Source of the DNA: Haliotis rubra | Lineage: Eukaryota | Assembly: GCF_003918875.1 (NCBI RefSeq) | Contig: NW_025766869.1 | Coordinates: 434,001-498,000 of the forward strand | Direction of reading: 5' to 3' | DNA: 64,000 nucleotides | Shown here: one piece after another, positions 25,509 to 38,045 of the stretch | Layout of the letters: each line of letters starts with the position of its first letter | Position numbering within the stretch: the first letter of the stretch is position 1 | The notes under the pieces: generated by a model | The model's database searches: none | What the model saw: the letters and a program-made list of their open reading frames with translations, nothing else | Told to the model about the DNA's origin: nothing | Made by a program: the position numbers and the translations under genes

Positions 25509-28500
25509 TTACAGGGAACCAGCAAGCTGTTTGACAATGGTTTCACCAGCGTTTGCAGCAGTCTGGGCCATGCTGCTGAGGGCGGGCTTGGCGTTTTGTA
25601 GAGTCTGACCTGTAAAAGTGTAATAATGGAATCAGAAATAGGGTAAAATGTTCCTGGTGTATAACCTCAAATATACATCGTGGGTGTGATGGGCAATGGG
25701 GTAGCCTGGACCTGGGTTCGATTCCTCACATGGGTACAATGTGTGAAGCCCATGTCTGGTATCCCCGGTTGCGATATTGCTGGAATATTGCTGGAATATT
25801 GCTAAAGCGGTAAAACCGTATTCACTCACAATTGTGGTTGTGAAAGGTGATTAAATGCAATGCTTATTCATAACGTTGTGTTTTAATGAATCAAGGTTGG
25901 TCGTTAGGTTGCCACGACTTTCCTAAGCAGTGTCGGGATCATCTGAATTGTCAGCGTCAGGCAAACATTTTTGAGTCTTTTGTGAATGGCGGATGCTACT
26001 GGCAGCGCAGGACATGCCTACTTCTATCGCAAACACCTATGTCATCACGCTTTTTAAGTGATCCATTCATATAATTTTCTCAGCTATTTTTGCCTGTAGG
26101 CCAAACGGAGTCTGTTTCTGAGGATAGACAAGACTTGGTATACTTTTGCACTGACGCTCTATATCTAATACGACCCGATTGTGATTCTTCATCAGGAAAA
26201 TCACCATTTAACCTGAGGGCGTTTCTCCTCCAGTAATCTGGCACCACGTCACTGTAGTGAGTGAGTTTAGTTTTATGCCTTTATGCATATCCAAGACATG
26301 GCCCGTGAAGATCCGGTTTAGCATGAACCTTCAGTAACCCATGCTTGTCGCAAGAGGCGACTAACGGGATCGGGTGGTCAGGATCGCTGACTTGGTTGAC
26401 ACATGTCATCATATCCCAATTGCGCAGATCGATTGCTCATGCTGTTGATCACTGGATTGTCTGGTCCAGGCTCGATTATTTACAGACCGCCGCCATATAG
26501 CTGGAATATTGCTGAGCGCGGCGTAAAACTAAACTCACTCACATATCCACGACATAGGCTATCAACCTGGTCGTTGTAGTATTGCGAACGGAGTTGGACT
26601 AAACTGGTGCCAGGATGGGGTAACTCACTGAAGATGTCCTTCATAGCGTCTTTCATGGCGTTGATGGCGTTGGTGCCGTGTTGGGTGAGCTGACCGATCT
26701 GGGAGGAGAGAGCGACGACGTGGGGCTTCAGCTGTTCCCCGAGCTGGGAGATGGAGTCCTTGGCAGCGCTCAGGAGGCCATTAGCCGCGACGCTGATAGC
26801 AGATCCTGCTCCGTGGACCATCTGCAAACAAAACGTACATGAACCAGACACTGGGCGAGGAATCAACGTTCCTGGAGAGACTTTGGGGTCAAGCAAGAGG
26901 TATGTTCCCCATAGCACCAACTGTGCACCCCTTCGAGCTGAAAACCGTTCGGTTTACACATTTAAGCAAGGAGTGGGCACGCCAATGAGAACCAACCGTG
27001 CGAGCCTTCTTGCTGAAAACTGTTCGGTTTACATATTTGAGCAAGACACCGGCACGCCAATGAGCACCAACTTTGCACCCCTTCGTGCTAAACAATGTTA
27101 CACATTTAAGCAAGATGGAGACTTGTCCATGGGCTATGATTATGCTCGCCTTCTTCCTCATCATTGTTTCTGTACGTATACAATTATTTGCTTGAATTGG
27201 CAAAACCAAAACTAAGCGAGTGAGTGAGTGTGTTTAGTCTTACGCCGCTTTACGCAGTATTCCAGCAATATCACGGCGGGGGACACCAGAAATGGGCTTC
27301 ACACACTGTACCCATGTGGGGAATCGAACCCGGGTCTTCGTTGTGACGAGCGAACGTTTTAACCACTAGGTTACCGCTCCCAACGCCCCAAAACTAAGCA
27401 ATTTAGCCAAGAAGGTTCACTTAAACTTCATTTACGCGCCTAAACAATAAATAATAGTTTGAAATGATGTTGTTTTGATCGAATGATGCATAGGCTATCG
27501 ATAAGAGTCATCAGGAAAGGGTGAGGTGAGGTGAAATTGGGTTTAACGTGGTGCTTGAGAATATTTTGCTCATATGACGATGTGCATGCGTGTGTATGTG
27601 TATGTGCGGCTGCTTGTACTAGCCCAGACATAAGCTGGTTTTATAGTGCTAGCCACTGAGATTCCATGCCGCAGTGAAGCAAGAATACCCCACTCAGACA
27701 CTTTATACTGACTCCGAGCCGACCAGTCCTTGTTGTACTCATTAATGCCGAGCGCCCGGCAGGGACCAACACGTACCATATTTTAACGTCTTTTGGTATG
27801 ACGCGGCCGGGCATCAGGAAAGGGATTAAAATAGTACCCATAACCGAACCCCAGCCTCCGAGATAATGGGCGAACGTTACATCCACTTAGCTACCACTTA
27901 GCTACCCTTTCTTTGGGCTAACACTAGGACATGCGTCCTGACAAACCCGTGATGATTCTCTATAGAATTAGTCTTCAGCAACCCATGCTTGTCGTAAAAG
28001 GCGACTAACGGGATCGGGTGGTCAGACTCCCTGACTTGGTTGACACATGTGATCGTACCCCAACTGCGTAGATCGATGCTCGTGATGTCAATCACTGGAT
28101 TGTCTGACCAAGACTCGATTATTTACAGACCGACACCATGTAGCTAGAATATTGCGGTCCGGTCTCGTGCACGCACCCAAACATGAAAACACATACACGC
28201 ACGTCGCTGTGAACGTTGTCACTTCAACCACGTTTCCATCTCATACCTGTGAAACAGAATCAACGGCTGGCTTGAAGGCAGCTGCGATGGCGCTCCCCAG
28301 GGAGCTGAGGGTGTCGGTGACGACGTTACGCTTCTTCAAACTGAACACCGACTTCACGACTTTGGTTGTGTCTCTCTCCAGGGCTTGTAGGAACTCTTTA
28401 GACAGAGATGTGTGCTTGGCTGGGAACAGAAACCAGCAGGTCATCTACATAAAACAATAATGGTAAGTGCCAAGGAAGGTCAAAGCGTTTATCATGTAAC

Positions 28501-30864
28501 GGCCAGTGTCATCGACACGATTAATTCATTTAAGTTATAGTTAATCAATAATTATAATTAAATTTGGTATCAGATATGACCCCGACAAATCGGAAGTGAA
28601 AAGATTATTTTTCATTTGGAAATGGTTAAACCTTTATTAAACCATCCCTGTTATTCATGGAGCTGCCTCCTTTGTCTAGTCTGCACAGAAAGCGGAAGTG
28701 GTAGTGGTTCGATATTCAACCGCGTCATACCACGATATCGGGTACTTGATGTTACCCTGCCTGGCACATTTAGGGGATAAACGGACTGGTCAGCTTGGGT
28801 CAGTTTTGTGTGTCTGAGTAAGGTATCCTCGTCAATCAATCAGTCAAAATACTCAGTATATACCCGGCAACAGATTGCTGCTCAAAAGCGCTTTAGACCC
28901 GTGAAGATCCGTGTTAGAATTGATCTTCAGTAACCCATATGCTTGTCTTAAGAGGCAACTAACTACACAGATCGGATGGTCAAGCTCACTGACTTGGTTA
29001 ACACATGTCATCGTATCCCAATTGCGTAGATCGATGCTCATGCTGTTAAACACTGGATTGTCTGTTCTAGTTTATTTACAGAATTATTTATTGCTGGAAT
29101 ACTGCTGAGTGCGGCGTAAAACTAAACTCACTCACTCACTCAAAATCGCTTTGAATCATGGGAACTTATTAGTCCTTGAACAGCCGGGGTTTGAGCAGTG
29201 ATTTAAAAGTGTTTAGTTCATTTTTTTTAGTTCTCGTGGTAAATTATTCCCTGATGTTTTCATGTCCAGATGATTTTGCACAGGACTTGGATGTTAGAAG
29301 AAGATTTCGACCCCCTTACCGTGTTCGTAAAGGTTCATAGCCCTGAATGTAGACTGGGGCCTGGTATCTCAGTAAGCTGGCACTACAATACCGGCATTAG
29401 TTGGGGCTAGCAGGCACATACGCAAGCACACATACGCACGCACACATGTGCAGGCACGTCACTATATACATTGAGTAATCTTGACAGCCACCCGTTAACA
29501 TGACCTCTTTTCTCATTCTTTGTTTCTACCCGTGAAGGTCCGAGTTAGAATATTGATCTTCAGTAACCCATGCTTGTCGTAAGAGGCGACTAACGGGATC
29601 GGGTGGTCAGGCTTGCTGACTTGGTTGACACACGTCATCGGTTCCCAATTGCGCAGATCGATGCTCATGCTGTTGATGACTGGATTGTCTGGTCCAGACT
29701 CGATTATTTACAGACCGCCGCCATATAGCTTGAATATTGCTGAGTGCGGCGTAAAACTAAACTCACTCACTAACTCTTTTGTTTCATTTCAGGCATAGCA
29801 TGCCATTAGGGCGTGGAGTCATCAACTGCTATACGACCTTGACATATACCTCCTGGATTCAATCACGCTCAGATTTCACTCTGGCGCCTACAAGAAAATA
29901 TGAAACCTACCAAGAAGAGCCTCGACCTTTTTGAGAGCATCCTCGGGGTGAATCTGAAGGTTCTTCAGCTGGGTGTAGATGGTCTGGATCTCTGTGAACA
30001 CCTCGTCGATGACGTCAGAGAACTGGGAGGTGCCGACGTTGAGGAGGTTCTTCAGCTTGGATTCCAGAGTCTGCATTTGAGTCATGATCGCGCTGAAATG
30101 AAGTGAAGAAGTAAATATTTTAATGAATCTTCAAGGTATCTGGATCGGAATTGGTCCCCAACACTCTGACCTTGTCATGAGAAGGGGCCAGACAGGAACG
30201 GGTTGACTGTCACTGTGATTTGGTTGACGTCCTTGTACCTCGAATCGATATCAACCCCTGCCTTGTTCTGGGTTAGTTTCATTAATAAAATAGACCTGAC
30301 TATGAGTAAAATATAAATTTCAATAACCAGTTATCTGTATCGACGCCACTATTTCGCGTTCCTTTTTGTCTGGTGTGTCTTGGTAAAGGAGGGGGAGAGA
30401 AGGGAAGAGAGGAGAGGATGCAGACATAATTTAGAAATCATTCCCCCATGTCTAACACGACACAGTCAACTGTACACAGGCCACTTATTCACTCAGTATC
30501 TGTTGAAATTCTTCTTGTGTAGATTCAATACATTTGGATGAATGTATATCCTGATATATCAAAATACGTGTTTCATTATCAGTGCATATTTTGTATAGTT
30601 ATGCATTTATTACAAATGATAGCAATAATAACAGATTTGTTTAGTTTTTGACTTACGGCATGTCTCTTTGATGATGAAACAGTGATGCAAACGCCTTGCC
30701 AATCAGATCTGGAATCACAGACAACAGAATATAACCGATCCCGACGTTGGAAACACGTGTTTACACCTGGATTTACACCTGGACAAAAACGTTAAGAACC
30801 GATATTTATTTATCTATACTTTTACTGGACGTTCGTGTACGAGTTTACATTGATTCACTTTAAG

Positions 30865-30900
<36 letters not shown>

Positions 30901-31816
30901 AGCCACAGCATCATCACCATCATCATCATAGAGTCACAGTATCATCATCATCATCAAGCCACAACATCATCACCATCATCATCATANNNNNNNNNNNNNN
31001 NNNNNNNNNNNNNNNNNNNNNNNNNNNNNNNNNNNNNNNNNNNNNNNNNNNNNNNNNNNNNNNNNNNNNNNNNNNNNNNNNNNNNNNNNNNNNNNNNNNN
31101 NNNNNNNNNNNNNNNNNNNNNNNNNNNNNNNNNNNNNNNNNNNNNNNNNNNNNNNNNNNNNNCATCACCATAATCATCATCATAGAGTCACAGTATCATA
31201 ATCATCATAATCATCATCATAGAGTCACAGTATCATAATCATCATCATCACCATCATCATCATCACAGCATCATCACCATATCATCACAGCATCATCACC
31301 ATATCATCACAGCATCATCACCATAATCATCNNNNNNNNNNNNNNNNNNNNNNNNNNNNNNNNNNNNNNNNNNNNNNNNNNNNNNNNNNNNNNNNNNNNN
31401 NNNNNNNNNNNNNNNNNNNNNNNNNNNNNNNNNNNNNNNNNNNNNNNNNNNNNNNNNNNNNNGCTAACATACTCTCAGCGCATGTTCATTCTCAGCCCTA
31501 TCTTTTCATTCCCATCCCCCTGTATACAACCCAATATGCATGTGAAGTGCTGGAACGTCAACAGCCCAGTCACACACAAACTAAGATGAACTTTGTTTTT
31601 CTTACCAGACAGAGTGCCGCTGACCATCTTGACGGTGTCATTTTTCAGAGTCCCAAGCAGATCCTTGCCAATGTTAGCAGCAAAGGGAACGAAGTCCGTG
31701 CCAGTCTGTTTTACCGCACCGCCGATAGTCTGTAGGGAGTCCTTGATGTTATCAAGAAGGTTGCCTCCGCTGGCAGCACTGAAGGTGAGGACGAGGACAA
31801 GCACGAGGACCTTCAT
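25509..31816 (-). CDS. Secreted 303-aa paralog (gene 2): single A+B module followed by an amphipathic, apolipoprotein-like helical region
   Basis: Exons 31816-31606 (MKVLVLVLVLTFSAASGGNLLDNIKDSLQTIGG..GTLS; 211 nt, same as gene 1 A1), 30708-30657 (DLIGKAFASLFHHQRDM), 30092-29911 (AIMTQMQTLESK..VEALL), 28419-28247 (AKHTSLSKEF..KKRNVV..SVSQ), 26821-26629 (MVHGAGSA..KDIF), 25609-25509 (SQTLQNAKP..AGSL*). Phases 1,2,1,0,1 are all compatible; 912 nt open. Confidence 0.85.
26300..26541 (+). mobile_element. SINE family 2 (~240 bp, no tRNA head, Meta/MESC-like core), representative copy
   Basis: Starts gcccgtgaagatccgg, core gcttgtcg(t/c)aagaggcgactaa, 3' tail shared with family 1, 14-bp TSD catatcca(a/c)gacat. 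Other copies at approx. 14673-14944(-), 20910-21050, 23745-23940(-), 27945-28155, 28896-29138, 29528-29774, 33645-33790(-), 46640-46970(-), 50805-51040. Confidence 0.85.
30867..31462. repeat. (CAT)n-rich low-complexity tract with assembly gaps 30987-31162 and 31332-31462, inside the intron after gene 2's first coding exon
   Basis: ATC repeats flanking N runs. Confidence 0.95.
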
Positions 31817-32201
31817 GTCTGTTGAGAGATTCAGGACAATTTATTAAAAATATGAGCATATGTCATCATCAGAGGTAATCCAAGAAAACTGTGAGTTTGG
31901 TTTTATACCGCTTTTAGCAATATTCCAGCAATATCACAGCGGGGGGGGACACAGAAATCTACACATTGTACTCATGTAGGGAACCGAACCCGGGTCGTCA
32001 GAGTGACGAGCGAACGCTTTAACCACTAGGCTACTCCTCCGCTTAAATACTTGGAATGCTATTAATATGTACTGGACATAAAAGAAAATTACCCACCCTG
32101 ACTTATATTTAAGCTTAAATAGCGTGAAATAAAAGTATCAACCAGATTTTGGACTGAGGAGATTATTTTAACTTTAGTAAATTCCACTTTCCCTGATCCA
32201 A

Positions 32202-32233
<32 letters not shown>

Positions 32234-32536
32234 ATATTTATGAAGCAATAATCCAATAATCCTTTGGTGGTTACATTTTACAACGTTTGACTAACAATGA
32301 AGCATGTTCTGTTTACGAAGATGTCAAAGAACGTCATACGACTCTTGTCCAAAGGCTGCTTGATCAAGTTTACAATGCTCAAAGCCAAGTAAAGCTGTGA
32401 AAATATGTAATGAAAGACGTGTGAAGTACAAATGTCACTCAACTGTGACAAAACTGCATTTACTTATCTTAAAGGCACAATGTCACACATTTTCGACAAT
32501 ATTTTGGCGTATATTTTATATATTGGGGGCACATGC

Positions 32537-32580
32537 ACTCACTTTAGCTTCCTACTGATGCAACAAAAGACTTATTATCC
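32537..32580 (-). promoter_or_regulatory. Candidate Inr and short 5'UTR exon of gene 2
   Basis: TCAGT at 32558-32554 followed by donor |gtgagt at 32542; the gene 2 first coding exon has an acceptor 2 nt before the ATG. Confidence 0.25.
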
Positions 32581-33320
32581 CTTACGACATGCCTGAAATC
32601 GATAATTGAAACTTCGAGGCGAACAGCTTCCAAATAGGTAACACTTGCCATATATGGAATGTAAATGATTGCTCCGTACATCGAAACCTGTCGCACGCGG
32701 TGTTGTTGGTGTTTGCCGAACTGGTTTTAATCACAAGTTGTGCGTAGGATATTCGTAAAGAGCGCCCCAAGGGACATAACTCTACGGGGTTCGCTTGAAA
32801 TAATGTTCGACCCGTAGAGGGCGCTAGAGTCGATTTAATGCAGCGTTGCATTAATTCATGCGAACCTTTTATTTATTATTGTAATCTAAATACTTATTTT
32901 TCTTTGGAATAAATTATATGTCAGCTTCCCTGAGGGCTGATAGTATTATTGAGAGAAATGCATTATGTATTTTTAGAGAAATGTGGTGTGACATTGTGCC
33001 TTTAACAATATGTTCCTGCGCCTTTTCAAGTGACCAATTGACTTGCCGTTGCGTGTATTTCTTACGTGTGGCGAACGCCAAGTATCTTCACTGTTTTGAT
33101 GCTGATTTATAAACATACGTTTATGATATAGTGATAATCATACAGTGGACTTATGATTATGGAAATGTGTCTTTTCGCTTTTATATATTTTATGTGGGCA
33201 GTTATGTTCCACCTTTGCAGTGGGGGCATGTAAACTGTCTAAGCATGCAAACTTGTAAAAGCTCCGTCATAGGCATTTTAGAAGTTGAGTTATGGATATA
33301 CAACTTTTTTATTGTGAAAG

Positions 33321-33579
33321 GCGACGTTTCGACATAGGTTCTAATGTCGTCGTCAAGCAAGTGATACATGAGAAACAAATTGAGAGAATATATACATGGG
33401 TTGTTATTACAGTAGACTGGGAATGAGTTGTTTATACAATAAGTTAGGTTGATGTACAACGCTTGTTTTGGAGATTAAGTGAATTGTACATGTATAAATG
33501 TTTATATACTCTAAATTTGTTCCTCATGTATCACTTGTTTGACAACGACATTAGAATCTATGTCGCAACGTCGCAATTG
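33321..33579. mobile_element. Penelope-like inverted pseudo-LTR pair with a minimal hammerhead-like motif
   Basis: ~78-bp inverted arms (33321-33398 / 33498-33574), each carrying a TGACGA-stem-GAAACGTC-like motif. Confidence 0.55.
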
Positions 33580-35570
33580 ATTATGCATAGTTACGTCCCT
33601 TATACGTGCAAGGATCCAGTGGTTGTGGGTTCGAATCTCAGATTCAGCAATTAACATCAATCTACGCAATTGGGATACGATGACATGTGTCAACCCAGTC
33701 AGCGAGCCTGACAACCAGATCCCGTTAGTCGCCTCTTACGACAAGCATGGGTTATTGAAGATCAATTCTAACCCGGATCTTCACAGGTCCGATTCTGACG
33801 TGAAGTAACATATGAAATGAAAGAAAGTGAAAAGGAGGGTTAATTGCAAGCTTATGGATGTATCAAAAGTGATTAAGAGTTATCTGATAGAACAATTAGA
33901 ATACCTACAACCAAAGCTTAGACGTAGTTATCGGCCATGAAGCATAGTTTTCAAACACGTTTGGATAATGTTGTTTCATCAAATATTTTAGGAGTGTGAA
34001 GCTTTGATTGACCATATCATTGAAGTTTAGCTCTATTCCTATACTGTATTAAACATGAGACCCCAAATGGGTTGTTTGGATTTCATATCAGTACAAATTT
34101 AGTCCTCCACTAAGTATATGTAGTTAAAATACAATGGCGGACGTTTTGGCGGCCATTTTGAATTCTGGGTAATATATAAAAATTCCTAATAACATGCCGT
34201 CACTCTAGAAGTAAAGAGAAAACAAAACAACTTGTTTTAGTAACAAAAATAATGTTAACATTAAATAAATCACCGTCACACATTTCCATGAAAAGTCGGG
34301 GAATCGCTAAAATACCCCTGTCTCAAAGAATAAGCTGTAAAACATTAAATTACCACAAGATGACCGTACAAAATGATTTGTTTTGTGCCCTAGCCATCAC
34401 TCTAGGAGAAACCAATGTCAAAAAACATCAAAAGTATCAACTTTGGATGTAAATGGAAACGTTCGGTGTACATTTTTATGTAGATTTAAGTGCTGAGAAG
34501 GCAAAACACAACAAAACAAAATGGCGGCCATTTTGACTTTCTTTTTCAAAACAAAATTATGTCCAATAATATCAATCCTTTAGCAGTACACAGAAGTCAA
34601 AATGAAAGTGATCAGATTGATAGTAGTAAAACCATCAATGATTAACTTTGAGGTGTTGTCGGGCAGCAAACCAAATGTGACGAAAATGCTCGCAGACCCC
34701 AACCACATATAATGGCCTGTAAAAAAACCTGATACCACAATCTGAGAGTATTACAGGCCTTTTCATGAGCCCAAGACATCATACTAACTGAAAATAGTGT
34801 CAAACAAAATCAGTACTGGGGAGGCTACGAAATCCTATTTCTAGGCCCCTTTTGAGGTTCTCCTCCTGGACTAAATGATCTTTCGTTTTCAGCATCATAC
34901 TGTACAGCAACGTGATCAACGTATCCTCACAACCTGGCCCATTTCTAGTGTCCCACGCCGTCATAATGCTGGAATATTGCTAAAAGCGGCATAAAACCAT
35001 ACTCACTCACATTTACAACTGACCTGATACAGCTAGATTAATTTTCAAAAATGTGCTGAATTCACTCACACAAGTACCTCAATTATTCACTATCGCAGTT
35101 CATACTACTGACTGAGTTTTACGCCGCTTTTAGCAATATTCCAGCAACATCACGGCGGGGGACACCAGAAATGGGCTTCACCCATTGTGCCCATGTGGGG
35201 ATTCGAACCCGGATCTTCAGCGTGACGAGCCAACGCTTTAACCATTAGGCTACCCCACCGCCCGCAGTTCATACTAACACAGACACTACGCAAATAACGT
35301 ACCTTAAGCCTTGTTTTTTTTCTCAAGCCTGTGAGACGTATCAGCAAAAAGTAATATATTAAGGTCGCGGCAAAAGTCACGTGATTGGTCAGTTTGATAA
35401 AATAGTTCCACACCCCGAGGACAGGGAAAAAACACATGGTGAAGGTGTGACCATGTCATTGATAAGATTGTATTTTAGGACGATGTCGTATAACGTAGTG
35501 CCCTACATTACACGTTGAGTATATGCTGACAGTGTGACCTTAACGCCAGTAGGGGAGTGGGGTAGCTTAA

Positions 35571-36015
35571 AGTACTGTCGGAAATAGAAAATAACTGTTT
35601 TTAGGCTGTTACTCTGTATCCCTAAAATTTACACACCTGCAAATAGCATATGTCGAAATAACCCACATCGGCCTAACTGGGCGTTCAGTGGGATGCGTAA
35701 TAGGATATCCAGAAAAGCATGTTTACTCGTAAAATCGGGCAAAACTTAGAAAAAATACGAATGGCTGCTGAAAACAATAGATCAGACTATAGATGGCAAT
35801 TTGGTCGCTCAGCCAGGTATGACGTCCGTCGACTCACCTGGCATGAAATGCATGTACTGCATATAGGCACAAGGGGTCATCTCAAAGATATTAGACTGAA
35901 CTGCAAAATAGGCCGAATTTAGTTTAACAGATATTTCACACTTTCACATATTAACAACATAAATTATTGGTATAAATGCGAAAAAAACAGGATTTTTTAC
36001 TATTTCGACAGTACT
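35571..36015. mobile_element. Non-autonomous DNA transposon (Kolobok/piggyBac-like TTAA target) inserted into a family-1 SINE
   Basis: TIRs agtactgtcggaaatag / ctatttcgacagtact flanked by ttaa/ttag. The SINE head (ggggagtggggtagc) lies on the left and continues on the right (gtgaaagtgttcattcgtcataccgaagacccggg). Confidence 0.75.
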
Positions 36016-37983
36016 TTAGTTGTGAAAGTGTTCATTCGTCATACCGAAGACCCGGGTTTGATTTCTCACGTTGGGTTTAAATGTCTGATGCCGATCCCTC
36101 GTGTCCTCCACCGTGATATTGCTGGAATATTGCTAAAAGTGGCGTAGCAAAACTAACCTCACTAACACCGAATACCCGGGTTTGATTGCCCACTTTGGTA
36201 CAATCTGATAAGTTCATTTCTGCCGTCACCCGCCGTGATGTTGCTGGAATATTAGTAAAAGCGTGGTGGTGGGTAGCCTCGTGGTTAAAGCGTTCGTTCG
36301 TCCGTAAAGGGGTTCGATTCCCCACAAGTGTGAAGCACATTTCTGCTGTCCACTGATGTGATATTGATGGAATATTGCTAAAGCCATATTCACTCATTCA
36401 TTCACTAAAAATCGGCTTACCATCACACTCACTCACTCACTCTGAAGTTTGTTCTATAATGGCTGGGATGTTTCAGTGGCCATACTGTCAAATGTCGACA
36501 GTTTACAAATATAAACTAAGGAACAAAAGAAAGGTACCGACATATTTATAAAAAGTAACAATTTTGAAAGGTCTTTTATTGTAAACAATACCAAATCACC
36601 AGGCGTGAAAGTCAGTTTATATCTGTAAACGTATTGTTTCAATTTTGTTAAGTCGACTCAACAGTATAGAACCCGTAAATAGGTCACGACACTTTGGGAA
36701 ACCTTACGTTGTTTAGTACTTCCGGTGGCAAACAACGTTTCATACCTTTTCGAATGACCTCGTGGTTGTCACTGACGGTAAGGAACCGATAATCCTTGCA
36801 GAAATAACACATTTCTAGCCAGCCCCAAATTAGCCAAGTATTACAACTGTCATCAGCAGTGACAGCCAAGCATGGCTGTACACTTGGTCAGGTCTAGTAA
36901 AGTCATATTTGGCGGTCGCGCAATTTGGAGCCAGAACTAGTTCTTGAATATACGCCTGTCACCGGAAATCTGGTACCGGAAGTAGCTCCTTGCGAGACTT
37001 ACGGGCCCTATTAACAGAAATATAACCAAAATTTAGATCGTACGAAGGTCTCCTACAATGTTGTCAGAACACGTGATCCTTCAGTTACCTCCCACCCAAC
37101 CGGTAACTGAACTCAGATAACTGCATCACTCAGTACTTGGGATGCAATGACATACATCATCCCGATCTCGTCGGTTGCAGCATCCCACAAGAATGGGTTG
37201 CTGAGACAAAATTTATCCCATCTCCAAAGGTGATTTTCGGGTGTGTCAAGATGGTAAAGTCTTTCACTCGATTCGTTCAAGATAATGCCCCATTTGTTAA
37301 AGCGTTGGCTCGTCACACCGACTACAAAGGTTCGATTCCCTTATTTTTTAGAATGTGTGAAGCTCATACCTGGTGTCTTCCGCCGAAATATTCCTTAAAA
37401 ATGCGTGAAACTATTCTCGTTCACAAGCTCTCACACCCAGATTCCTTTGGCAAAGATGATTCATAGACCTTATCACGTAACTCCCCTAATTTGAGTCTTT
37501 TTTGGTTCCTTTTAGAGTGTTTGGTAATGAAAGAAAACACGGCATGTGTTTATAAATAACGTGATTGGGTGGACACGTTCGCAGTCGTGCTTGATGCATG
37601 TTATCGCATACCAGCTGGTGCAGATAGCTCTTGTCGTCAATCACTGGATTGTCTTGTTCAGACTCGATTATTTACAGACCGCCGTCATAAGCTGTAATAT
37701 TGCAGATTGCAGCATTAAGCAACAAACTTAAAGAAATATCACAAAATTGACTTACTGGTTCGTGATGAAATTAAACCATAGTGTGAAGAGATATGTTATG
37801 AAGGCTTGCGGTAAAATGTATGGATTCAGACAGCGTACAAAACATACATTGTGAAAATATATTTCTCTTTTTTTAATCCAGATTTGAATTTCCCACTGTA
37901 TCATTCAGGTGGCCAGAGGAGGTGCGTTTCCAAGCCTGTGAGTCATAGGCCCCCACTGCCAGTCAGAAAATCGATAAACTAAG

Positions 37984-38045
37984 CCCCGGTTTACTATCCA
38001 GCCCCCTACTATACTATTGTAGAAGGACTGGATAGTAAACCGGGG
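37984..38045. repeat. Short hairpin/MITE remnant
   Basis: ccccggtttactatccag ... ctggatagtaaaccgggg (18-bp perfect arms). Confidence 0.8.

Noticed and set aside
26890-27130. 154-aa ORF with internal repeats
   Set aside because: Three degenerate ~78-bp intronic tandem repeats plus the antisense of a gene 2 exon.
34096-34877. Probable DNA-transposon remnant with aaaatggcggccattttg motifs
   Set aside because: Only a very short terminal match (atttagtcc/ggactaaat); boundaries are not supportable.
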